From positions 2,066 to 66,065 of the forward strand of contig DASWZL010000107.1 of the NCBI GenBank assembly GCA_036404475.1: 64,000 nucleotides of DNA, in the 5' to 3' direction. The notes below the pieces were generated by a model. The model saw only the letters and a list, made by a program, of their open reading frames with translations, searched no databases and was not told where the DNA came from. The position numbers and the translations under genes are program-made. The DNA is from Thermoplasmata archaeon. GTDB taxonomy: Archaea; Thermoplasmatota; Thermoplasmata; Lutacidiplasmatales; UBA184. Below, piece after piece: positions 55,555-63,979 of this stretch (the first letter of the stretch is position 1; every line of letters begins with the position of its first letter).

Positions 55555-55658
55555 GGGGAAACGTGCGTAACGTTACCGACCGCGAGGAACGAGCGGGTGG
55601 CGCGGAGATTGGCCCTGGGTCGGGTCCCGTGCGGAAGCCACCTTTGGTCCCGTCATAG
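55555..55658 (+). repeat. MTD-element copy C (no ATG; GTT in its place)
   Basis: ACCGACCGCGAGGAACGAGCG...CCCGTGCGGAAGCCA aligns codon-for-codon with copy A and ends at a TAG homologous to copy B. Confidence 0.5.
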
Positions 55659-55816
55659 GCGGGTCAAGGAAGGACTGCCGCCGCACGTGTACCCAAGGCC
55701 GAGGGGGCAACTCCTGGCGCCGACCCTCGAGGCGGACTGACCGTCTGGGGGGGGACACTTGCCTTCTCAGACGTAAAGAGGGGCCAGCAGATGACCGGAG
55801 GGAGGCCCCGGACCCT

Positions 55817-56032
55817 ATGCGACCCAATCCACCCGAACCGGCCAACGTGGGATTCCGCTGTGAATTCTGCGGGCGGGTCTTCCGCCGCACACAAGATCTA
55901 GAGCGCCATCTTGCGGCGGAACATATGGGGAGGCCGTACGCGCCTCGGTGCGAGGCCTGCGGCCGGACCTTCGAGTCACCCGGCGATCTGAAAGCGCACA
56001 ATCAGGCAGTGCACGGTGCTCCTCCAGGGTGA
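55817..56032 (+). CDS. small protein with two classical C2H2 zinc fingers
   Basis: FRCEFCGRVFRRTQDLERHLAAEH and PRCEACGRTFESPGDLKAHNQAVH both fit C-x2-C-x12-H-x3/4-H. GGAGGGAGG lies about 15 nt upstream of the ATG. Confidence 0.7.
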   Translation: MRPNPPEPANVGFRCEFCGRVFRRTQDLERHLAAEHMGRPYAPRCEACGRTFESPGDLKAHNQAVHGAPPG

Positions 56033-56281
56033 GGTGCCGAGTGCGGGCACCTACCTCGATGGAGAGGTGCAGGCCCGGTTGCACCCAAAGCAATTCTGGT
56101 ACTGTTCTGCGGGCTCCGACAGCCGACCGGTTGATAGAGTGTTGTCACCCCTGGACCGATTCCCTGCGACCGCGACCTCGGCGTAACGAGCGCGCGAGGC
56201 GAAGGGAAGGTAGAGGCGGCAGGAAAGCCGGGCTCGCCGAATCCGCTCTCGCTGGTGGCAGACGGGAGCTCGTGCCTCCGT

Positions 56282-57103
56282 TCACTCTCTGAGGAATGCG
56301 AGCAATTCCGCGTTGACCGGGTCTTTGAGGGTCGAGCACATGCCGTGCGGCGCACCCGGGATGACTTTTAGTGTGGCCCCTTTGACAAGTTTAGCTGAGA
56401 GAAGGGCCGACGCGCCGATGGGGACGATCTGGTCGTCGTCCCCATGGAGGACGAGGGTGGGCACGTCGATTCTTCTGAGGTCTTCTGTGAAGTCCGTCTC
56501 GGAAAAAGCTTTGATGCAATCGTAAACGGCCTTGTGTCCGGCCAGCATCCCTTGGAGCCAGAACGAGTCGCGCAGACCTTGCGAGACCTTGGCGCCAGGT
56601 CGGTTCGCGCCGTAGAATCGCGCGCTAAGATCCTTGAAGAACTGCGAACGGTCGGCGAGAACACCGGTGCGAATCTGGTCGAACGTCTCGATCGGCAAAC
56701 CGCCAGGGTTGGCGGCCGTCTTTAACATCAGCGGGGTGACCGAACCAATGAGTACCGCCTTGGCGACACGCTTCGTCCCATGGCGCCCGATGTAGCGAGC
56801 GACTTCGCCCCCGCCCGTGGAGTGTCCTACGTGGACCGCGTCCCTCAGATCTAGCGACTCGACCAGCGCCGCGAGATCGTCCGCGTAGGTGTTCATATCG
56901 TTACCGTTCCAAGGCTGGCTTGAGCGGCCATGACCGCGACGGTCGTGCGCGATGCAGCGGAATCCGCGTTCGGCCAGGTAGAGCATCTGGTCTTCCCAGG
57001 CGTCCGCGTCCAAGGGCCAGCCGTGGCTGAAGACTACCGGCTGCCCGCTGCCCCAATCCTTGTAGTAGATTTGCGTGCCATCTTTGGTCGCGATACTCGA
57101 CAT
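56282..57103 (-). CDS. non-heme haloperoxidase / perhydrolase-type alpha/beta hydrolase
   Basis: [25 protein letters not shown], nucleophile elbow GHSTGGGE and [12 protein letters not shown] show near-textbook similarity to bacterial cofactor-free chloroperoxidases/arylesterases. Confidence 0.9.
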   Translation of the reverse strand: MSSIATKDGTQIYYKDWGSGQPVVFSHGWPLDADAWEDQMLYLAERGFRCIAHDRRGHGRSSQPWNGNDMNTYADDLAALVESLDLRDAVHVGHSTGGGEVARYIGRHGTKRVAKAVLIGSVTPLMLKTAANPGGLPIETFDQIRTGVLADRSQFFKDLSARFYGANRPGAKVSQGLRDSFWLQGMLAGHKAVYDCIKAFSETDFTEDLRRIDVPTLVLHGDDDQIVPIGASALLSAKLVKGATLKVIPGAPHGMCSTLKDPVNAELLAFLRE

Positions 57104-57423
57104 CGGTTACTCTTTGCGCGGTCGCCCGCCGACACCCGAGGGCACCCGACCGAATACCCTTGTTGCACGGCTCGAACGGGACGAACGCTCTTCCCGGGCC
57201 CGACGACGACCCCGCTCGGAGGATTTCCGCAATAGACGTGGGACGCTAAGTCGACGTTCAGGGCCGGTCGGCGGGGAAACGACCAGCGTCGCACCGGGAG
57301 GATGCTCCACGTCGAAGATCGAACTGACCTACTCGAAGAGGCCGACCCGGAGCTCCGGCGCTGTCGTGCCACCCGACCTCGGGCTCGCAGCAGGTAGAGA
57401 GAAGAACTCGAACCGCGTCCTGG

Positions 57424-58227
57424 ATGGGTGCTATGGGAGCAGAATCTCACTCGACCTTGCCAGCCATCGAACGCGGCAAGGGGAGGCCCGTGGTGTTTCT
57501 GCACGGATATCCCTTGAGCCATGAGATTTGGCAGCCGCAGCTAGAAACCCTCTCCACCCGTCACCGCGTCGTGCTGCTCGACCTTCCCGGCTATGGTCTC
57601 GCCCAAGAATGGCCGGTCCCCGATTCCCTCTCGGGGTGTGCCGAAATCGTTCACCGGACCTTAGCCCGACGTTTCGCGTCTCCCGTCGTGGTGGTGGGGC
57701 ATTCGTTCGGTGGGTACGTTGCGTTGGAATTGTTTCGGAATCATCCCGAACAGTTCCAGGCGCTTGTGCTGACCAATACCCGCTCGGAACCGGACGGTGC
57801 GGAGGCGAGGGAGAAGCGTCTGGCGACAGCAAAACGGCTCGAGGACCCCTCGCAGGGCCTCGACGTCGAAGAGACCGCCCGCGGCCTTTTATCCCCGAAG
57901 ACATGGGAGGGAGCCGGGCCACTTCCCGAGACGGTCCGCAGAATCGTCCGGAACGTCCCATCGCGAACCATTATCGGCACGCTCAAGGCGATCGCCGGAC
58001 GCGCCGATCTTACCCCCGTGCTCTCCACCATCTATGTCCCGGCCCTCGTAGTCTGGGGAGAGGAGGACCGCCTGATCCCACCGGCGCAGAGTCGGTCGAT
58101 GGTCGCCCGGGTCCGGGGAAGCTCGGGCGTGGGCATCCCCGAGGCCGGACATCTTCCGTCCTTGGAAGCCCCCGAGACATTCGCACGCGCGATGGACGAA
58201 CTTCTCGGCCGTTTGTCGCCACCCTGA
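57424..58227 (+). CDS. alpha/beta hydrolase
   Basis: VVFLHGYPLS, GHSFGGYV nucleophile elbow, GHLPSLEAP His motif. Confidence 0.8.
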   Translation: MGAMGAESHSTLPAIERGKGRPVVFLHGYPLSHEIWQPQLETLSTRHRVVLLDLPGYGLAQEWPVPDSLSGCAEIVHRTLARRFASPVVVVGHSFGGYVALELFRNHPEQFQALVLTNTRSEPDGAEAREKRLATAKRLEDPSQGLDVEETARGLLSPKTWEGAGPLPETVRRIVRNVPSRTIIGTLKAIAGRADLTPVLSTIYVPALVVWGEEDRLIPPAQSRSMVARVRGSSGVGIPEAGHLPSLEAPETFARAMDELLGRLSPP

Positions 58228-58238
58228 CCCCCGGCGAG

Positions 58239-58346
58239 CTTCATGAAGAGCGCGCGCGTTCGATGACCGACCTCGAGGAGCGCGCGGGGCCGCGGCGAGG
58301 TCGGTGCAAGGCCCTGATCGGTGCGAAGGAACCGGTCCTCTCGTAG
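58239..58346 (+). repeat. MTD-element copy B (palindrome, micro-ORF, 27-codon MTDLEER ORF)
   Basis: Same architecture and spacing as copy A. Starts 12 nt after the hydrolase stop and ends 52 nt before the MFS start. Confidence 0.6.
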
Positions 58347-58397
58347 GACCGACCGTCCGGTAGGAGCGAATCGTTCCCGATTGGGTTTCAAGGGCGC

Positions 58398-59651
58398 GTG
58401 CATCGTCCGTCGGGGGATCGTGTGCAGGATGGCCCTGGCCTGGCTCGCTCGACGGCGACCGGGAAGGGCGACGGGTTCCTCGGCTTCTCTCGGACGATCT
58501 ACCTCCTCGGGGCCTCCAATCTGGTGATGTCGGCCGGCCGTTCGGCCGCCTGGCTCTTCCTTCCCATACTCCTCTACACTTCCTACCATCTCTCCTTCCT
58601 GTACGTCGGCGCCCTCGTCTCGCTCGTCATCCCGGTCTCCCTCCTATCGGCGATCGTGGGCGGGGCGGCCTCGGACCGGTATGGGCGGCGAGCGTTCCTG
58701 GCGTATCCTCCCCTTGCCTACGCCCTCGTCTCCTTCCTCCTCTACGAGTTCTGGAGCCAGGGGCTGCTGGTCGTCATGGGGCTCTGGGCCGCCAACATGT
58801 TCCTGGGAAACGTGGGGTCGGGCGCCCAGAACGCGTTGATGACCGATGTCTCGGAGGAGACTCGGCGGATGAGCGTCTTTAGCCTCCTACGCATCTTTGG
58901 CAACGCCGGATTCGCGATCGCCCCTGCCCTGGGCGGACTCCTCGCGAGTCAGTTCGGGATTCCCGTGGTCTTCCTGGTAGCGTGCGTCGCCGCCCTCGCC
59001 GGGGGTCTGCTCCTCACGCTCTTCCTCGAAGAGACCCGTCACGAGAGCCCCCCGTCCGCTCGGCCGCTGCGGGAGACGGCGTCCTTTCCGTTCCACGACT
59101 CGATGTTCCTGGCGCTCGGAGTCCTGGGGATCGGCCTCACGCTCGCGGCCGGACAGTTCGGGACCGCGCTCAGCTTGTTCTCGGTGGGCGTCCGCCACTT
59201 CTCCTACGAGCAGGTGGGGTGGCTCTACTCGCTGAACGGCATCATCGTCGTGACCCTACAGATGCCGGTCGCCTGGGGCCTCCGGCGTCAGCATCTCCTC
59301 TGGATGGCGCTCGGGACGCTCTGCTACGGGGCCGCGTTCATGCTCTTCTACGTCGGAACGGTCTACGCAGTGTTTCTGGTCGCCATGGGCATCTTGACCA
59401 TTGGAGAGAACGTGGTGAGCCCGCTGCAGAACACCATCGTCGCCGCGCTGGCCACCCGGGACACTCGCGGAAGCTACTTCGGTGCGTACGCCGCTATCAC
59501 GAACGGAGCCAACGTCTTCGCCCCGTCGCTGGGCACGTTGCTCCTCGGTACCGGGAACTCACTCTTGCTATGGGGCACTTTTGCCCTTCTCACCGTGATC
59601 GTGGCCGCGGGGTACGTGGCGCTCCGGAAGCGGATGCCCCACTTACCCTGA
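58398..59651 (+). CDS. MFS transporter (12 TM)
   Basis: 12 hydrophobic segments and the GGAASDRYGRR loop signature. The GTG start at 58398 is uncertain. Confidence 0.75.
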   Translation: MHRPSGDRVQDGPGLARSTATGKGDGFLGFSRTIYLLGASNLVMSAGRSAAWLFLPILLYTSYHLSFLYVGALVSLVIPVSLLSAIVGGAASDRYGRRAFLAYPPLAYALVSFLLYEFWSQGLLVVMGLWAANMFLGNVGSGAQNALMTDVSEETRRMSVFSLLRIFGNAGFAIAPALGGLLASQFGIPVVFLVACVAALAGGLLLTLFLEETRHESPPSARPLRETASFPFHDSMFLALGVLGIGLTLAAGQFGTALSLFSVGVRHFSYEQVGWLYSLNGIIVVTLQMPVAWGLRRQHLLWMALGTLCYGAAFMLFYVGTVYAVFLVAMGILTIGENVVSPLQNTIVAALATRDTRGSYFGAYAAITNGANVFAPSLGTLLLGTGNSLLLWGTFALLTVIVAAGYVALRKRMPHLP

Positions 59652-59969
59652 CCCCGATCGACGGGATGGTGCCCTATGCCCTTGAAGCGACACCTGTTCT
59701 TCGTCCGGCACTCAGAAGAGTTGATGCGCCCGGCCGGTTGCGGCCTCGATGCGGGAAACGACTTCTTTCCAACGCCGAAAAGGCCGCCGTCCTTCGAGCG
59801 GGGTTCCCGGCCCGCCGTCGGGTCCGGTCCCAGTGCCGGGGCCACGCATAGAACGAATCTTCCGACTCTATACCAATGCCGAAACAAAACGACTGGTGGG
59901 GCGACCGAAGCTCCCGGGCGAGGGATCCCCCCTTACACAACCCCCTCGTTAGAAATCGGTGCGAGCGGT

Positions 59970-60013
59970 CGACCCGATGGCCTCTCGCTAGGAAACGAGC
60001 CCGTTTCGGACCC
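59970..60013 (+). repeat. copy 1 of the two-block upstream repeat, containing GGAAACG-agcc-CGTTTCG
   Basis: Matches 52036-52083. GAAAC at 59992-59996 and GTTTC at 60003-60007. A TATA-like TTAATCTAA at 60041-60049 is centred 24 nt before the cyclase GTG. Confidence 0.45.
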
Positions 60014-60068
60014 CCCGCGGAGGATTTCGACGGGGTGGCCTTAATCTAACGGAAGTGGTCTGCGAGCC

Positions 60069-61991
60069 GTGGCCTCAATTCGGCGACTCGCTGCCATCAT
60101 GTTCACCGACATGGTCGGCTTCACGGTCTCCGCCCAGGCCAACGAAGCCGCCGCCCTGAAGCTCCTGCGGGCGCAGGAGAAGCTCGTTCGCTCGGTTCTC
60201 GCGAACCACGGGGGTCAGGAGATCAAGTCGACGGGCGACGGCTTCCTAGTCGAGTTCGGCAGTGCCCTAAGGGCCACCGAGTGTGCCATCGACATTCAAC
60301 GCCGGGTACACGAGCGGAATGCTAAGTCGCCCGCCGGGCGCATTGAGCTGCGCATCGGCATCCACCTCGGAGACATAGAACGGCGCAGGGGAGATATCTT
60401 TGGTGACGCCGTGAACGTGGCCTCTCGGATCGGACCCTGCGCGGCACCGGGGGAAGTTTGCATCTCGGGGCCAGTGTTCGACCAGGTCCGAAACAAGATT
60501 CCAAACCCGCTCGAGAAGCTTGAGCCGAGGGGCCTCAAAGGTCTCCAGATTGCCGTGGACATCTATCGGGTCGTACTGCCGTGGAACGTCTCGCCAACTC
60601 CACCAGCGGCGGGACCGTCCCGCATCGCTGTTCTCCCGTTAGCGAACATCAGTCCCGATCCCAGGGACGAGTACTTCGCAGACGGCCTCACCGAGGAACT
60701 GATCGGCGCTCTCTCTAAGGTTCGGGGGCTCCGAGTCATCGCGCGTACCTCGGTTGGACAGTACAAGTCCACGTCGAAGACCGTTTCCCAGATCGCGGCC
60801 GAGCTCGGGGTCGCTTCGGTGCTGGAAGGGAGCGTGCGGATAGCGGGCCGTCGGTTGCGAATCACCCTGCAACTCATCGACCCAGCCACCCAAGCCCACG
60901 TCTGGGCCAATACCTACGATCGGGAGCTGGACGACGTCTTTGCTGTCCAGACCGATATCGCGAAACAGGTCGCCGACGCCCTGAAAGTGGAGATCCAACG
61001 AGAAGAGGATGCGCGCCTGGGGGCCCGCCCCACCGTGCGAACCGACTCGTATCTCGCGTATCTGAAGGGACGAACGCTGCTCCATGGCCGGTCCGAGGAA
61101 GCGCTCCGCAGGGCGAAGGAGGAATTCGAGCTCGCAGTATCGTTGGATGCAACCAACGCCGCAGCCCTCTCGGGACTATCCGACGTAATCCGGCTCACCG
61201 GTGCCATCCGTCGAAAATCCCCGCTTGCAGACTGGGACGAGGCGAGCAGGGCCTTGGCGGAGCGAGCCGTTGCACTCGACCCGAGCTTGGCCGAGGCGCA
61301 CACCTCGTTGGGCTATTCCCTCTGGGCCGATTACGACTACACCGGAGCCGAGACCGAGTTCCGGCTGGCGACGTCCCTGAGCCCCAGCTACCCGTCCGCC
61401 CACCTTTGGTACGCGGAGCTGTTGATCGACCAATGTCGGTATGACGAGGCGCTTCCCCAGCTCTCCCTCGCGGAGGAGGCCGACCCGCGGTCCTCGATCA
61501 TCCTGGCCGCCCACGCGTTTCTCTTCATCCTACTCGGTCGACTCAACGAGGCGCGCGGGAGGCTCGACAAGCTCGGTGAAGTCGAAGGACGTGGACTATT
61601 GTACTGCGACTCTTGGGCCGATTACTGGATTGCCGAAGCCGATTATCCGCAGGCCCTCCGAGAACTCGAGCGTCTCGCGGAGTTGGATCCTGGGAATCCC
61701 GACAGCATCGTCCGCGCCGGCATGTGCTACGCGCGCATGGGACAGACGCAACGCGCGCGGGAATGCCTCAAGGAGCTCGAAGGGATGAGCCCGGGGCGCC
61801 GTCCTGATTCGGGCATCGCGGGGGTCTACGCTTGCCTGGACGAGCTCGACCCATGCTTCGTGTGGTTAGAGCGGGGCGCTTTCGAGAACTACGATTTGAA
61901 CGTCGGAATCTGGCGGGCGAGTCCGCTTTTCGAGCACGTCCGCGGCGATCCGAGGTTTGAGAAACTCTTGAGACGGATGCACCTCATGTAA
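60069..61991 (+). CDS. class III adenylate/guanylate cyclase domain protein with TolB-N-like and TPR domains
   Basis: RRLAAIMFTDMVGFT, KSTGDGFLVEF and GDIFGDAVNVASRI cyclase motifs, then IAVLPLANISPDPRDEYFADGLTEELI, then TPR-like repeats to the C-terminus. Confidence 0.8.
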   Translation: MASIRRLAAIMFTDMVGFTVSAQANEAAALKLLRAQEKLVRSVLANHGGQEIKSTGDGFLVEFGSALRATECAIDIQRRVHERNAKSPAGRIELRIGIHLGDIERRRGDIFGDAVNVASRIGPCAAPGEVCISGPVFDQVRNKIPNPLEKLEPRGLKGLQIAVDIYRVVLPWNVSPTPPAAGPSRIAVLPLANISPDPRDEYFADGLTEELIGALSKVRGLRVIARTSVGQYKSTSKTVSQIAAELGVASVLEGSVRIAGRRLRITLQLIDPATQAHVWANTYDRELDDVFAVQTDIAKQVADALKVEIQREEDARLGARPTVRTDSYLAYLKGRTLLHGRSEEALRRAKEEFELAVSLDATNAAALSGLSDVIRLTGAIRRKSPLADWDEASRALAERAVALDPSLAEAHTSLGYSLWADYDYTGAETEFRLATSLSPSYPSAHLWYAELLIDQCRYDEALPQLSLAEEADPRSSIILAAHAFLFILLGRLNEARGRLDKLGEVEGRGLLYCDSWADYWIAEADYPQALRELERLAELDPGNPDSIVRAGMCYARMGQTQRARECLKELEGMSPGRRPDSGIAGVYACLDELDPCFVWLERGAFENYDLNVGIWRASPLFEHVRGDPRFEKLLRRMHLM

Positions 61992-62020
61992 CTCCTATCG
62001 CCAGAGCCTCGCCCAGGTGA

Positions 62021-62100
62021 CACAACCCGCCCTTTGATGGACTGAGTCCCCGCTCGATGGCCGACCGTGAGGAGCCCGCGGGGTCGGGGAGGCAAGGACC
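62021..62100 (+). repeat. MTD-element copy E (MADREEP...) in a convergent spacer
   Basis: TTTGATGGAC..CCCGCTCGATGGCCGACCGTGAGGAGCCCGCGGGGTCGG aligns with copies A and B. Confidence 0.45.
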
Positions 62101-62290
62101 AGTTCACTGCCGGGTCCGGCCGAGGACGGTGAGACGATCGTCGTGGGTTCAGCGTCTCAGTAACACCCTCGACTGGGGACGAGTGTACCGAATCCGTCCA
62201 TCCAAGAGCTCGGGCGCTGCAAGATCCGGGAATCCTGGGAACAAATCCCAGTCGAGGGACGACCCGGATTCGACTTCTTTCCACAGAAAT

Positions 62291-63121
62291 CTAGTCTGGG
62301 AAGCCTCGGTCGACCTCTGTCAAGAACCGAAGGAGGGGAGGAGCCACGAGGTCCGCTCGTGCCGCGGTCTCGAAGTGCGCCATCCCCGGCAATGAGACAA
62401 ACCGTGCTCGTGGGATCAGTCTGCTCGCCGCCTTCGCCCCCTCAAAGTAGCCGTCCGCTTCCCCGACAAAGAGGAGGCAGGGGATTGTCAAGTGAGGCAG
62501 GATGTCACGAATCCGCAAGACTTCTTTCTGCTGCCACAAGAGCATGGCAATCAGGGCTTCTGGATCCGCTTTTGCGATCAACTGTAAGCGTTGAGGGAGG
62601 ATCGCTTCGAGCAACGCCGGCCGCTGTGCAACTCGGATCTCTCGTTCGGCGGCTTCTCGGGCCGCGGCGACGAAGGCTTCGCGCCCGCTGCGCAGGAGCC
62701 GGATCGTCTGCTCGCTCCATTTGCTGGGATGGTCGGGGTCAGGGTCTTCCGCCTCCGCCCCTCCAACGATGAGGGAGGTAAGCCGTTCGGGAGCGTACTT
62801 AGCCATCCCCCAACCGATCTCGCCTCCTGAGGAGTACCCCAGGAAATGGGCCTGTCGAGCTCCGAAACTGTCCAGCACGGCCGTGACGTCACCCACGAGC
62901 TGTTCCATGCGGTACGCTTCCGGTTCGTGCGGTTTGTCGCTCTGACCGTGACCACGCATATCCATTACGATGAGCCGGTAGCTTTCTCGCAGTGCGGCCA
63001 CCCAGCCGAGGAAGTAGAGCGCCTCCGAAGATGCTCCAAAACCATGAAGCAGGACCAACGGCCGTCCCGACCCCTCGACACGATAGAATATGCGAACCTT
63101 TCCGTGGCGTGCGTAGGGCAT
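62291..63121 (-). CDS. alpha/beta hydrolase
   Basis: LVLLHGFGAS, nucleophile elbow GYSSGGEI, GMAHFE His motif. Confidence 0.8.
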   Translation of the reverse strand: MPYARHGKVRIFYRVEGSGRPLVLLHGFGASSEALYFLGWVAALRESYRLIVMDMRGHGQSDKPHEPEAYRMEQLVGDVTAVLDSFGARQAHFLGYSSGGEIGWGMAKYAPERLTSLIVGGAEAEDPDPDHPSKWSEQTIRLLRSGREAFVAAAREAAEREIRVAQRPALLEAILPQRLQLIAKADPEALIAMLLWQQKEVLRIRDILPHLTIPCLLFVGEADGYFEGAKAASRLIPRARFVSLPGMAHFETAARADLVAPPLLRFLTEVDRGFPD

Positions 63122-63404
63122 GGCGGTTCCCTCCGTTCCCGGCCAGGCCGCCGGAAACTCATCAGATTGCCGCCCAGACCAGCTCTGTACTCCCTCCAGG
63201 GCGCGATCTGTAATCGTAACGTCTGGGGAGAGGCCGGGAAGTCAGACCCATGCTAGGGGGTCCGCTAGTGCCAGTGAACTGACGCGGCTCGGACCAGAGC
63301 CAGGGATCGGAAGTGGTCGCGGCGAGGCTCACATAGCCTAGCTGTCCGAATACCACCCTTTTCCGGAAGGGAGGTTCGATTCCCGCGGGGGTTCAAATAT
63401 TGAA

Positions 63405-63487
63405 TGCCGGGGCCAGGATTCGAACCTGGGAACTCCTGCGAGAGCAGATCTTGAGTCTGCCGCCTTTGGCCGCTCGGCCACCCCGGC
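63405..63487 (-). tRNA. tRNA-Leu (anticodon CAA), class II with long variable arm, no encoded CCA
   Basis: Hand-folded. Acceptor GCCGGGG/CCCCGGC. D-stem GCCG/AGGC with the usual G13-A22 non-Watson-Crick pair. Anticodon stem GCAGA/TCTGC with loop CTCAAGA. 14-nt variable arm. T-arm CCAGG-TTCGAAT-CCTGG. Discriminator A. Confidence 0.93.
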
Positions 63488-63514
63488 GCTGTTGACGCGA
63501 GGAGCCGACGAGCC

Positions 63515-63979
63515 TTATTCGTCTTCCGTTTCCTCGTCCACGAGGTCCCCCTCGTCGACGATCGGGATAGAGAGCGCCCCCTCGTCACGCCGGAGCTCCC
63601 GGGACTCTGGGGGAGGAAGCGGTGAGCCCGAAGCCGTCCCCTTCGTGGACGGAGTCCTATGTTGGTGACCGCATCGGAGGCACGTCCGCACCCGGCTCCC
63701 GGACCGGAGCCGCGTTCGGACGGTCCGCCCCTCCACCCAATACGCCGAGCACGAGCGGCAGTAGAGCTCCCGGTATTCGCGCCGAAGCCGGACGTTGTAG
63801 CGCATCCCGATCCGACGCGCCAAGGCCACGTATCGGTCCGCGAGCTCGGGGTGGAGACCACGAGCCTCCCGTTCGGCGAGACCGAACAGGTCGGAGACCC
63901 GCTCGCGGGCGATCCGGACCATCGCCCCGGTCCGGCGACCCTTCCGTCCCGTGTGCTTCAGGACTGAGGTTGCTGGCAT
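63515..63979 (-). CDS. rnp4: RNase P protein component 4 (Rpp21/Rpr2 family) with acidic C-terminal tail
   Basis: IARERVSDLFGLAE..ADRYVALARRIGMRYNVRL and the zinc ribbon CRSC...CLRCG. Confidence 0.8.
   Translation of the reverse strand: MPATSVLKHTGRKGRRTGAMVRIARERVSDLFGLAEREARGLHPELADRYVALARRIGMRYNVRLRREYRELYCRSCSAYWVEGRTVRTRLRSGSRVRTCLRCGHQHRTPSTKGTASGSPLPPPESRELRRDEGALSIPIVDEGDLVDEETEDE

Noticed and set aside
59676-60044. 122-aa ORF filling the MFS-cyclase spacer
   Set aside because: Composition is not protein-like (Pro/Gly/Arg/Thr-rich, no motifs). It is probably non-coding spacer. The only conserved piece is the DNA-level repeat at 59970-60013.
62221-62280. Possible tRNA fragment or att repeat (CTGGGA-acaaa-TCCCAG hairpin and CCCGGATTCGAC) at the cyclase/hydrolase convergent spacer
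   Set aside because: It matches the tRNA-Leu 3' half only over GGATTCGA. As an anticodon arm, the hairpin has a wrong loop (no U33 on the plus strand; on the minus strand position 37 is a pyrimidine). More likely a bidirectional terminator hairpin.
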